From contig JAJRZD010000089.1 in assembly GCA_024275415.1 (NCBI GenBank), positions 1 through 32,000 of the forward strand: a stretch of 32,000 nt of DNA. The letters are read 5' to 3'. The DNA comes from an archaeon (GTDB lineage Archaea; Asgardarchaeota; Thorarchaeia; Thorarchaeales; Thorarchaeaceae). The notes under the pieces were generated by a model that saw only the letters and a program-made list of their open reading frames with translations, had not been told where the DNA came from and did no database searches. A program made the position numbers and the translations under genes. Below, one piece after another: positions 7,994 to 17,360 of the stretch. How positions within the stretch are numbered: the first letter of the stretch is position 1; each line of letters begins with the position of its first letter.

Positions 7994-9412
7994 ATGGCAG
8001 ATGAGAAGCCGAAACGCAAACGAAAGCCTCCCACAAAGAAGGTTCCTATGCCCGAGCAAGATCCTGATGTTAGAAGACGAAACTTTGAGGAAGTAGCATT
8101 GGGCTACACCGCCGAGCAGGCAATCGAGGAAGCAATGAAATGCTTACAATGTCGGAACCCGAAATGCATCAGTGGGTGTCCTGTTGAAGTGCCAATCAAG
8201 CAATTCGTTGAGTTGGTACAAGAAGGCAAATTCGTCGAGGCTGCAATGAAGATCAAGGAAACAAACAGCCTTCCTGCTGTCTGTGGTCGAGTCTGTCCAC
8301 AGGAAACCCAGTGTGAGGCATCATGCATCTATGGGATCAGGAACGAGCCAATCGCTATTGGCAGACTTGAACGCTTTGTCGCAGATTTTGCCCGGCAGAA
8401 GGGTGAGGATCTCCCCGAGCTTCCGCCAAAGATTGGCAAGAAAGTGGCTGTGATAGGGTGTGGTCCCGCAGGCTTGACCTGCGCTGGAGACCTCATTCTG
8501 CTCGGCTATGATGTGACTATCTTCGAAGCCTTCCACAAGGGCGGTGGTGTACTCCAGTATGGTATTCCCGAGTTCCGGTTGCCAAAGGATATTGTCGATG
8601 CTGAGATAGAGTATCTACAGAGGCTCGGTGTCGATATCAAATACAACTTCGTTATCGGGAAGATTCGTACCATCAAAGAGCTGATGGAAGTTGATGGATA
8701 CGAGGCTGTGTTCATTGGTTCAGGCGCTGGTGCTCCAAACTTCATGCACATTGAAGGGATGAATCTCGTGGATGTCTTCTCAGCCAACGAGTTCTTGACC
8801 CGTGTGAACCTCATGAAGGGCTATCGGTTCCCTGAATATGACACGCCCGTTAACATCGGGAATAAAGTTGCAGTCATCGGTGGTGGCAATGTCGCCATGG
8901 ACGCAGCTAGAACCTCATTGAGACTGGGTGCCGAGGAAGTCTACATAGTGTACCGCCGTGCTCGTGAACAAATGCCTGCACGAGCAGAGGAGATCCATCA
9001 TGCTGAGGAGGAAGGTGTTCAGTTCAAGCTCCTCATGAATCCTGTAGAGGTTCTCGGTGACGGTGCCAAGCATGTGATTGGCATGAAGTGTATCCGGATG
9101 GAACTCGGAGAACCCGACGCTTCCGGACGACGCAGACCTGTGCCCATTCCCAATTCCGAGTTTGTGCTGGACGTTGACATGGTGATTGTAGCGATTGGAA
9201 ACTCTCCAAACCCCATCATCCCCTCGACGACCCCGGGTCTGTCTGTAAGCAAATGGGGCACGATTGAGATTGACGAAGAAACAGGGATGACAACCGTTCC
9301 TGGTGTGTTCGCCGGTGGTGATATCGTCACTGGTGCAGCTACTGTGATTAGCGCGATGGGCGCTGGCAAGAGAGCTGCAAGAGGGATACATGAGTATCTG
9401 TCAAAGAATTAA
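7994..9412 (+). CDS. nfnB: NfnB/SudA large subunit (GltD-like flavo-iron-sulfur protein)
   Basis: CLQCRNPKCISGCP and CGRVCPQETQCEASC Fe-S motifs, GCGPAG FAD site, GGGNVAMD NADPH site and FAGGD. Lies 2 nt after nfnA. Confidence 0.93.
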   Translation: MADEKPKRKRKPPTKKVPMPEQDPDVRRRNFEEVALGYTAEQAIEEAMKCLQCRNPKCISGCPVEVPIKQFVELVQEGKFVEAAMKIKETNSLPAVCGRVCPQETQCEASCIYGIRNEPIAIGRLERFVADFARQKGEDLPELPPKIGKKVAVIGCGPAGLTCAGDLILLGYDVTIFEAFHKGGGVLQYGIPEFRLPKDIVDAEIEYLQRLGVDIKYNFVIGKIRTIKELMEVDGYEAVFIGSGAGAPNFMHIEGMNLVDVFSANEFLTRVNLMKGYRFPEYDTPVNIGNKVAVIGGGNVAMDAARTSLRLGAEEVYIVYRRAREQMPARAEEIHHAEEEGVQFKLLMNPVEVLGDGAKHVIGMKCIRMELGEPDASGRRRPVPIPNSEFVLDVDMVIVAIGNSPNPIIPSTTPGLSVSKWGTIEIDEETGMTTVPGVFAGGDIVTGAATVISAMGAGKRAARGIHEYLSKN

Positions 9413-9415
9413 GTC

Positions 9416-9466
9416 AAGAGATGAGTTAGCAGGACAATGTCGTCTTGCTAACCTCTTCCTCTTTTT
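9416..9466 (+). terminator. Hairpin plus pyrimidine/T tract after nfnB
   Basis: GTTAGCAGGAC (9425-9435) pairs with GTCTTGCTAAC (9442-9452) with one G-U, followed by CTCTTCCTCTTTTT. Confidence 0.7.
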
Positions 9467-9526
9467 GAGTACGCTGTTTTTGAAAGGTTCATTAGACACA
9501 ATGTCATATCTCCGTTCGGTGATCCT

Positions 9527-11035
9527 GTGCAAGAAGTTCCATTATCCACCCTTGAGATGCGAGTCCTTGAACTGAATGCAGAACACCTTGGGATTAGATT
9601 GGGAACCCTGATGGAGAATGCTGGTAGAGAGGTCGCAAGGACAATTGCATCCCATCTTGATATTTCAAAGAAAAAGATTGCAATCTTTTGCGGTATTGGA
9701 GGCAACGGCGGTGATGGGTTTGTTGCTGCTCGTCATCTCAGCGAGGCTGGAGCTTCTGTGGAGGTTTTTCTAGTCGGAAACCCGCACAGGATATCGGCTG
9801 AGCATACCCGCACGAATTGGGACATCCTTCAGAACATGATATCCATTCCCATTCACATCTTTAGTACAGAATCTGATGTGAAGCGCATCGACATCAAACA
9901 GTTCGATATCCTAGTCGATGGTCTGTTGGGATTCGGACTGACCTCGAAGGTGCGTGAGCCCATTGCCACCGCAATAAAGGTGGTTAACAAGGCCCCTGGA
10001 ATCAAGTACTCCATAGACATCCCCAGTGGACTTGATAGTGACACCGGAAAGATTCTCGGCACCGCAGTAAGAGCGGATCACACGATAACGATGCATGCAC
10101 CAAAGCCCGGACTGTTGAAGAACCCAGAGGTTGTAGGAACATTACATGTGGTAGCCATTGGGATTCCAGAGGACGCATACCATATCTGCGGGAAAGGAGA
10201 CCTATGGCTCTTCAACCGACCTCGACCAAAGACGGCGCACAAAGGGGAGTTCGGACGTATCCTGATAGTCGGTGGTAGCGATACATACTCGGGCGCTCCG
10301 GCATTGGCTGGGATGGCCGCCCTGAGAACTGGGGCTGACCTTGTAACGGTGATCGCACCAGAATCAGTTGCGTCATCGATTCGAAGCTACAGCCCGAATC
10401 TGATGGTCAAGGTTGTAGACTCTCCTAATCTGGATAGAAGTTGTTTGGATATCGTGCTTGATGAAGCATTGCGAAATGATATCATCGCTCTGGGGCCAGG
10501 GATGGGTACAGCATCCGATACTCAAACGTTCTTCAAGGAGCTGGCTGAGAGTCTTGCATCTCTCGGTAAGCCTCTGGTGATTGATGCTGATGGCCTGAGG
10601 GCTCTTGCTGAAACAGGGCAGGTATTCGAGCCCAACAAGGCAATCCTTACACCACATTGGGGTGAGATGAAGGCACTCTTGAAGAAGAAGATCAAGACTA
10701 CCTTTTCGCTCGATGAGCGACTCGACTATGCAAAGGAAACAGCGTTGCGTTATGGTGCCGTGGTGCTTCTCAAGGGGCCAGTCGATGTGGTCGCAGCACC
10801 AGACGGGCGATACAAATTCAATCACACCGGAGACCCTGCCATGACAGTCGGTGGGACTGGTGATGTACTGACCGGTATCACTGCGGCATTGTTTGCTCAC
10901 AAGCATGATGCATTCTATACCGCTTCCGCTGCTGCTTTTATCTCAGGATTGGCTGGCGAAAGAGCAGCAGATGAGCTTGGGGGTAGGATAGTCGCAACCG
11001 ACTGCATCGAGAAGATTCCAAAAGTCATGGCATAA
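9527..11035 (+). CDS. nnr: Bifunctional NAD(P)H-hydrate epimerase/dehydratase (NnrE-NnrD)
   Basis: LMENAG, GGNGGDG, DGLLGFG, DIPSG (YjeF_N); YSGAP, GPGMG, VIDADGL, LTPHWGE, GGTGDVL (carbohydrate-kinase fold). Confidence 0.93.
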   Translation: MQEVPLSTLEMRVLELNAEHLGIRLGTLMENAGREVARTIASHLDISKKKIAIFCGIGGNGGDGFVAARHLSEAGASVEVFLVGNPHRISAEHTRTNWDILQNMISIPIHIFSTESDVKRIDIKQFDILVDGLLGFGLTSKVREPIATAIKVVNKAPGIKYSIDIPSGLDSDTGKILGTAVRADHTITMHAPKPGLLKNPEVVGTLHVVAIGIPEDAYHICGKGDLWLFNRPRPKTAHKGEFGRILIVGGSDTYSGAPALAGMAALRTGADLVTVIAPESVASSIRSYSPNLMVKVVDSPNLDRSCLDIVLDEALRNDIIALGPGMGTASDTQTFFKELAESLASLGKPLVIDADGLRALAETGQVFEPNKAILTPHWGEMKALLKKKIKTTFSLDERLDYAKETALRYGAVVLLKGPVDVVAAPDGRYKFNHTGDPAMTVGGTGDVLTGITAALFAHKHDAFYTASAAAFISGLAGERAADELGGRIVATDCIEKIPKVMA

Positions 11036-11041
11036 TATCTG

Positions 11042-12031
11042 CTACTCTATGATGGGCATCATCTGAAGGAACTCGTTCGCAATCCTCTGGTTATCCTCTG
11101 TCACGGGAACCCAGACAATCCCCTCATCCGGTTGTCCATAAAGCATCACTGACCCCTCTTTTGCCAACAGCACAGCTGGAAAGCCCATCAAGTCCTCTTC
11201 TCCCTCGACGGTAATGATCGACCTGTAACCGTCTTCGAGGGCTGTTGCCATTGTGGACCATGCTTCAGGATATAGCATTGCCGGAGGGTTGTAGATGACA
11301 TATTCCTTCTCCCCAACGAGCTGCGCGTCATAGGAGCCTCGTTTCGTTATACCGTCCACGACACAGACATCAGGAGTGAATCCTTCACGGATCAAGGTGA
11401 CACTGGTGACATCACCAACTGCAATTACACACGGAGGTTCCTCTTTTTCGAGTTTCTTTACCACAGCGACCTCTGGTCTTCCATCTCGCACTGAGAAGAG
11501 CTCCCCTTTTGGTGACTTCAATCCATCACGATTGGATTCGGGCAATTTCCTCGCAGGTTCGGTCGTTCCTCTTAATGGGTTGCCCTCCCTATCAATCTCT
11601 CCTTTTCTGATTCGTGCTGAGGATATCTTACCACCATCCAGCGCACGAACAGGTGTCAGTTTAACCAATTCATCTTTGATTCCCATCTGCTTAAAACGTA
11701 TCGCCAGAGCCCTAATTTCAATCTCCTTACAGCAAGGGCCATCGAATAGGACGAACGTGCATTTGTCTTCTATGTTCAGCAAATCCTTGTATGAAGAGAA
11801 TTCTGCTACTGAGATATGCTCTAAATGATTCGCTGTCGCGAGGTAGTCCCTAAGATTTCTTTCTCTGAAATCAACTGGTTGTATGATCTCTCTCAGTTCA
11901 AGGTTTTTCGATATCAAATCTCCATCTGTAATACCTACAACAGGGTTTGGCATGTTTCGTAGTTTCTCGATCAGGAAGCGATGACCGTGATGCAGTCTAT
12001 CAAATATATTCAAACCGATGGTAAGCGCCAT
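11042..12031 (-). CDS. coaD: Fusion of phosphopantetheine adenylyltransferase and GTP-dependent dephospho-CoA kinase (DUF359)
   Basis: N-domain: FDRLHHGH (HxGH), VGITD, KISSARIRKGEIDREG. C-domain: VGDVTS, VDGITKR, VEGEEDL, YGQPDEGIV. Confidence 0.85.
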   Translation of the reverse strand: MALTIGLNIFDRLHHGHRFLIEKLRNMPNPVVGITDGDLISKNLELREIIQPVDFRERNLRDYLATANHLEHISVAEFSSYKDLLNIEDKCTFVLFDGPCCKEIEIRALAIRFKQMGIKDELVKLTPVRALDGGKISSARIRKGEIDREGNPLRGTTEPARKLPESNRDGLKSPKGELFSVRDGRPEVAVVKKLEKEEPPCVIAVGDVTSVTLIREGFTPDVCVVDGITKRGSYDAQLVGEKEYVIYNPPAMLYPEAWSTMATALEDGYRSIITVEGEEDLMGFPAVLLAKEGSVMLYGQPDEGIVWVPVTEDNQRIANEFLQMMPIIE

Positions 12032-12338
12032 TGTCCTCTTTCCTTTTTGTGTATTAGTCCTACAATGTGAAAGTCAGTTTTAAATTAACATTCAGTTGAT
12101 TTGGCAATATGGGGTTTAGACTCCTCCTGGCTATTGGATTTTCGTTGTTCACTATGAATTCTTTGGTTCTTGGGGGTCTGTCCTACAGCTTTCAGAAACT
12201 GGTGATGGAAGATCAGTTCCAGATGTCAATAGCATTACAATATCCTATTAGGATTTCAAGAATCAGGGGGATCTCTGAAGAATCCTCCTGCCCAGCAACT
12301 TTATGAATCTAGTAGTATCCTTTGGATTGTGGTAAGAT

Positions 12339-13265
12339 ATGGGATTGCCGATAATTCAGATACAAAACCTCTCTAAATCCTTTGGGAGTATTGATGCCCT
12401 AAAAGGAATATCAATGAATGTTGACAAAGGTATTTTTGGATTAATTGGACCAAATGGGGCAGGAAAGACCACTTTGTTCAGAATATTGCTCAACCTGATC
12501 ACCCCAAATACCGGGAGCGCACGTATATTCGGGCTGGACATCGTGAAAGATTCTCTTCAGATTAGAAAACGGGTTGGTGTTTTGCACGAACGTCCAATCT
12601 ATCTTCCATCCTTGACTCCTTTAGAATATCTATCGCAGGTAAGTAAGATTTACGATAAGCAAAGAGATCCCCATGAATTACTAGAAATGGTTGGTCTTGA
12701 GAATGCAAAAAAAAGACCGATTGGACACCTTTCAGCTGGAATGCGTCAGAGGCTAGGAATTGCACAGAGCTTGATGGGATGCCCTGAATTGATACTACTG
12801 GATGAACCAACATCGAATCTGGACGTTAGTGGAAAGTCACAAGTACTTGATTTGATAATCCGGATTCATGAGGAACTTGGGACAAGTTTTCTCATCTCAT
12901 CTCATGTTCTTTCTGAACTTCAGAAGATATGTACAGGACTCGCATTCCTTGGAAACGGCAAATTACTTGAACAAGGGAATATTGCAGAGATTATGGAGCG
13001 TTACTCAAAGGATCGAATTAGGATCATCACATCAGATGCGTCAAAGCTGGCGGATATTCTTAGGGATGTATCATGGGCTGAGAATGTCCGTGTTACAGGA
13101 ATAAGCACAGTTATTGTTACATCATCTTTGGATCTGGAATCTGTGCGATCTAGTGTCATAGACATTTCAAATCATCAGTCTATCGACGTTTTCAATGTCG
13201 GTATGGCAACGGATCTTGTGGATATCTATACGGAGGTTTTCGGAGATGAAGGAACGTCTCTTTAG
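12339..13265 (+). CDS. ABC exporter ATP-binding subunit (DrrA/CcmA-like)
   Basis: GPNGAGKT, LSAGMRQR, ILLDEP and SSH motifs. Confidence 0.92.
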   Translation: MGLPIIQIQNLSKSFGSIDALKGISMNVDKGIFGLIGPNGAGKTTLFRILLNLITPNTGSARIFGLDIVKDSLQIRKRVGVLHERPIYLPSLTPLEYLSQVSKIYDKQRDPHELLEMVGLENAKKRPIGHLSAGMRQRLGIAQSLMGCPELILLDEPTSNLDVSGKSQVLDLIIRIHEELGTSFLISSHVLSELQKICTGLAFLGNGKLLEQGNIAEIMERYSKDRIRIITSDASKLADILRDVSWAENVRVTGISTVIVTSSLDLESVRSSVIDISNHQSIDVFNVGMATDLVDIYTEVFGDEGTSL

Positions 13266-14073
13266 GACGAGTCGGTATTTGAAAAAACTGCTGTTCCTGG
13301 AAATAACCACCTCATACTCCTTCCCAATGATCATTGGTTTTTTTGGAATCATTTGTATTCTGACTGGATTAAGTGCTATGAACATAGGTTTTGTTCCTTT
13401 GCTCTTTGGATGGGATTCTGAGGAGCCCTTCAATGGGGTTGAAGATGTGCAAAGATATCTTGGAGACTTCTCATTTAGGCGGGGGCTTATTCTCAGCGAG
13501 TCGTTCACTTATAGTCTTCTGGCGCTGTCGTTTTTGATACCTTTGATCATTGCATTCAATCTTTCTAGGATGCTTGAGGATGGAACTATGCGAACAATTC
13601 TCTCATATCCAGTCGAAAGGACTCGCTATCTTACAATAAAAATCAGTCTTGTTACCACTCTCTTATACATCCTAGTGCTATCCTCCACCATCTTTTGGAT
13701 GTATTTCTGGTATCCACTTGGAATTGGCGTTGACAATATGACACTACTCTTAGCCTCATCATTTGTCACTTTATTGATGATCGTTTCTAGTACTACATTC
13801 TTGGCTGTTCTCACGAAGAATATGTTCAGGACAGCAATCATCGGAGCATCCTTTTGGGGTTCCATTTCATATCTTATTGAAACAACGACGGATGCTGTCC
13901 CATTTGTAATTGTTCAACTCGTTAGTCCATTTAGAGTTCTGAAAATTTACCTTGCTGGATACATCATGGATATCAACTTGATCGATGTATATCTATCATT
14001 GGCTGGTTCGGTATTCATTAGTCTGGTCTTTATGCTTCTTGCAGTAATCATATTCAGGAGAACCGAGGTCTGA
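13246..14073 (+). CDS. ABC-2 type permease
   Basis: About six hydrophobic segments and the EDGTMRTILSYPVER motif. Start placed at ATG 13246, 8 nt after GGAGGT, rather than 13195. Confidence 0.85.
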   Translation: MKERLFRTSRYLKKLLFLEITTSYSFPMIIGFFGIICILTGLSAMNIGFVPLLFGWDSEEPFNGVEDVQRYLGDFSFRRGLILSESFTYSLLALSFLIPLIIAFNLSRMLEDGTMRTILSYPVERTRYLTIKISLVTTLLYILVLSSTIFWMYFWYPLGIGVDNMTLLLASSFVTLLMIVSSTTFLAVLTKNMFRTAIIGASFWGSISYLIETTTDAVPFVIVQLVSPFRVLKIYLAGYIMDINLIDVYLSLAGSVFISLVFMLLAVIIFRRTEV

Positions 14074-14075
14074 AC

Positions 14076-14576
14076 TTGAAGATTGGAAACATACTTTTGG
14101 TTGTTATGACGCTAGGTCTTGTATTAATTGTCTTAGGGATGAATCCGTATTCAAGCGGAATCTATTTAGATGAACGACTTGGATCTGGTGAAACGACGGG
14201 CATGATGTATGCGTTTTCGGGGGACGCTTACTACACTCTTGAAGTAAATGACCCCAATAAGTCAATATCCTTCTATGTTTTAGACATAAGGGATACGCTT
14301 TCATTTATTGAACATCACAACATTAGCAGTACTAATCCAGTTTTTTCTCTGAGGAACGTCAGTAAGGACGAAGGACTAATCCATCTAGATATTCCAGGAG
14401 TCTATTCCTTTGTAGTAATGAACCCCACAAACACTTCTGTGGGTTACTACTTGCTTATCGACAGGTTATATCCTCAAGCAGGTCTATTTACATTTGGAGT
14501 TGTACTATTTGCTTTCGGAGGTGGAGGAATGTGTCTTCTCAAAGTGGCACCGCGTACTAGGAACTGGTCTTCATGA
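14076..14576 (+). CDS. Small membrane protein (N- and C-terminal TM helices around a beta-rich external domain)
   Basis: Hydrophobic termini, several N-x-S/T sequons, TTG start after GAGGT, directly after the permease. Confidence 0.7.
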   Translation: MKIGNILLVVMTLGLVLIVLGMNPYSSGIYLDERLGSGETTGMMYAFSGDAYYTLEVNDPNKSISFYVLDIRDTLSFIEHHNISSTNPVFSLRNVSKDEGLIHLDIPGVYSFVVMNPTNTSVGYYLLIDRLYPQAGLFTFGVVLFAFGGGGMCLLKVAPRTRNWSS

Positions 14577-14588
14577 AAGACCATCTGA

Positions 14589-14928
14589 ATTGACTCGAAT
14601 ATATCGTTTCTCAGGTTGCTAGTTGCTATACAGAGACTACACATATAATTCTCATTAGGCCAAGACTTCAATATTGCTGAATCAAATCATCTGATCGCAC
14701 TTGTGTGCTGATTGATATTGAACTTGTGGGCATGGATTAACGCCTGGGTTATACTCAATTGTGGCTGAAAATCCGACCAACAAGACACTCATTTTCGAAT
14801 TGGTTTTATACAGAGAGCGTCCTCTTATGGGCATCTTTCTTCCTGGTTTCGTGCTATCGGCAATCAGAGCTGCTGGAATAGCGGGATTATCACTGTCTTT
14901 GGTCATGAGGAGGAGCATAGCTAGATGA
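14589..14928 (+). pseudogene. Decayed tandem paralog of the 14076-14576 membrane protein
   Basis: Frame 14722-14928 reads PGLYSIVAENPTNKTLIFELVLYRERPLMGIFLPGFVL, matching PGVYSFVVMNPTNTSVGYYLLIDRLYPQAGLFTFGVVL in the neighbour. Upstream fragments (NISF; FNIAESNHLIAL vs HNISSTNPVFSL) lie in another frame with stops. Confidence 0.65.
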
Positions 14929-15065
14929 CAATGCTAATTCCATGCTGAACTTGGGAGGGAAATCATCTCCTTCCAATTTCGTTCTATCCTTTTCATCAAC
15001 TGCCAATGCAAAAGGTTCAATATCCTTGATTCACTTCACATACTCTGACCAGTTGGTACTGCGAT

Positions 15066-15776
15066 ATGAAGCTCTACGCGATTGCTGATGTGCATTATCC
15101 GAGATTTTCGGAAGAGTTTGCAGAGGCCCTGGCCAATCTTCCCCCACCTGATTTGTTCCTATTGGCGGGTGACATGGTGAATAGAGGCAGTGCAGAGGAG
15201 TTCCCAAATGTCTTGGATATCATCACTGATACCTTAGGCTGCGATTTCCCGGTTGTTTCTTGTTTTGGGAATGAGGAGTACACAGAAGTCCGCAAGCATA
15301 TTCAGAAACTGGTAAGAGGACGAGCTATCATCCTTGATGAGCAATCCACGATAATGGAAATTGATAACACCAAGGTTGGAATTGTGGGGACACAAGGATC
15401 GCTCGATAAACCCACCACATGGCAGAGAAAGAACATGCCCGGAATCAAGGACGAGTTTGGGCGTAGAGCTGATAGGGCTGAGATGCTCTTGAAGCGAATT
15501 CTGACCAAGACAGATATTCGCATTCTCCTTATGCACTATAGTCCATGCATAGAAACTTGTGAGGGAGAGAATCGTCGCGCATTTGCATGGCTTGGCAGTA
15601 GGAAGTTCTACACAGTGATCGCAAATACGCAGCCTGATCTGGCAATTCACGGTCATGTACACAACTCGGTGATACATGAGACAAAAATAGGAGCGACGCT
15701 CGTCAAGAACGTCGCTCTTCCTGCTGTAGGCAAGGTCACGGAAGTCGAGCTAGACTTTGCTAGTCGTGCCCGGTGA
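15066..15776 (+). CDS. Calcineurin-like metallophosphoesterase
   Basis: DVH, AGDM, GNEE, MH and HGHVH motifs. Confidence 0.88.
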   Translation: MKLYAIADVHYPRFSEEFAEALANLPPPDLFLLAGDMVNRGSAEEFPNVLDIITDTLGCDFPVVSCFGNEEYTEVRKHIQKLVRGRAIILDEQSTIMEIDNTKVGIVGTQGSLDKPTTWQRKNMPGIKDEFGRRADRAEMLLKRILTKTDIRILLMHYSPCIETCEGENRRAFAWLGSRKFYTVIANTQPDLAIHGHVHNSVIHETKIGATLVKNVALPAVGKVTEVELDFASRAR

Positions 15777-16182
15777 CTTCCATCGTTGGTTCGAACTTGT
15801 ACCCATAAACGATGATTCCTTCATGACCCTGTTCGGATATCTTCCTGAAGCACGCCCTCACCCGCATACCTATCTCGACTTTATCCACATCTACGTTGAC
15901 GATTTGCGCGGTGAGCCGTGGCCCTTCGTCAAGTTCCACCTGAGCTATGACATAAGGCATCTGTCGTTTGAAATGGTCAGGGGCTTGTCGAACGATGGCG
16001 AACGAATAGATCTTGCCGAGACCCTTGAACTTGTGTATCTCAAGCTGACCCTTTCGTCTACATGTAGGACACACGAGCCTTGGAGGGAAGTAATAGTTCC
16101 CACAGGTCTTGCACTGGTTGCCTTGAATGTTGTAGATGGCCCTGATCTTTCTCCAGACGCCTGCTACTCCTTTCTCTGCCAT
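15760..16182 (-). CDS. DUF35 Zn-ribbon/OB-fold scaffold of the thiolase-HMGCS complex
   Basis: CKTCG...CPTC zinc ribbon plus OB fold. ATG 16182 follows GGAGG, directly after the thiolase stop. Confidence 0.9.
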   Translation of the reverse strand: MAEKGVAGVWRKIRAIYNIQGNQCKTCGNYYFPPRLVCPTCRRKGQLEIHKFKGLGKIYSFAIVRQAPDHFKRQMPYVIAQVELDEGPRLTAQIVNVDVDKVEIGMRVRACFRKISEQGHEGIIVYGYKFEPTMEVTGHD

Positions 16183-16183
16183 T

Positions 16184-17347
16184 TTAGTCCCTCCCAAGAA
16201 TGTGGACGATAGATGTCGCACCCGTGCCGCCTGTATTGACAGCCATTCCTTTCTCTGCGCCGTCCACCTGACGTTTCTCACATTCTCCTCGCAGCTGAAG
16301 GGCGATCTCCACTACCTGCGCTACTCCAGTTGCACCTACTGGGTGTCCTCTCGCCTTGAGCCCACCGCTCGGGTTCACTGGGAACTTTCCTCCAAGCTCG
16401 GTCAGTCCTTCTTCAACTGCTTTTCCACCTTGTCCTTTCTCGACAATCCCAACATCCTCAGTCAACATGATCTCACTGATGGTGAATGAATCATGTAACT
16501 CGAAGACATCGATATCGTTGATGCTCAACTTGGCTTTTTCAAGTGCCTGTCGGGCTGAGATCTTTACTGCCTTCATCTCAGTGATGCTTTCTCTGTCATG
16601 TAATGCAAGCGTGTCGCTTCCTTGGGTTGAAGCATCGATGTATATCGGGGTGTCCGAATATTTCTTCGCCACATCCTCATTGCACATAACCAACGCTGCA
16701 GCTCCGTCAGTCACAGGAGACGAATGAAGGATTCTGATCGGGTCAGCAAGTAATCCTGAGCCCATGACCACTTTGAGTGGGACCGGACGCTGGAACTGGG
16801 CGAATGGGTTGTGGGCAGCATTCGCATGGTTCTTTACCGTGACCAAACTCAACTGTTCCTCAGTTGTTCCGTATTCCATCATATGACGACGAGCCATCAT
16901 TCCAAACAGGGCTGGAAATGTCGCACCAAAGAGACCTTCCCATTCCCAGTCGCTGGCAACGCTGATTGTATTCATCGCTTCGGTCTGGTTGACATCGCTC
17001 ATCTTCTCGCAGCCAAAGACCAGCATGGCATCATGTTCGCCTGACTTGATTGACATGTATGCCTGTCTTACGGCCGCACCACCACTGGCACATGCCGCCT
17101 CGACACTATAGGCTGGTAGGTTCCCAAGTCCTCCGACATCGGCAGCAAGTGCACCAAGATGTTCTTGTCCTGTAAATCTCCCAGCACTCATATTTCCTAC
17201 ACAGATAGCGTCAATATCCTTCCCGCTAATCTGTGAGTCAAATATCGCCATCATCCCGGCTTCCAATGTTATCTCACGCAGGTTCTTTTCCCACAGTTCT
17301 CCGAACTTGCTCATTCCTACACCGATTATCGCTACTCGATTTCCCAT
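16184..17347 (-). CDS. Acetoacetyl-CoA thiolase (archaeal type)
   Basis: VEAACASGG, FELHDSF and GHPVGATG motifs. Start at ATG 17347 after GGAGGT. Confidence 0.93.
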   Translation of the reverse strand: MGNRVAIIGVGMSKFGELWEKNLREITLEAGMMAIFDSQISGKDIDAICVGNMSAGRFTGQEHLGALAADVGGLGNLPAYSVEAACASGGAAVRQAYMSIKSGEHDAMLVFGCEKMSDVNQTEAMNTISVASDWEWEGLFGATFPALFGMMARRHMMEYGTTEEQLSLVTVKNHANAAHNPFAQFQRPVPLKVVMGSGLLADPIRILHSSPVTDGAAALVMCNEDVAKKYSDTPIYIDASTQGSDTLALHDRESITEMKAVKISARQALEKAKLSINDIDVFELHDSFTISEIMLTEDVGIVEKGQGGKAVEEGLTELGGKFPVNPSGGLKARGHPVGATGVAQVVEIALQLRGECEKRQVDGAEKGMAVNTGGTGATSIVHILGRD

Positions 17348-17360
17348 TGCTTCAACCTCC

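Noticed and set aside
12109-12306. 65-aa ORF with a hydrophobic N-terminus (LVLGGLSYS resembles IVLGMNPYS of the 14076 protein)
   Set aside because: The similarity is too short to support. It may be an eroded gene but cannot be called.
14682-14918. 78-aa minus-strand ORF
   Set aside because: Better explained as the antisense of the plus-strand paralog remnant.
12093-15002. 8-bp inverted repeat CAGTTGAT/ATCAACTG near the islet edges
   Set aside because: Chance-level length, with no transposase or target-site duplication.
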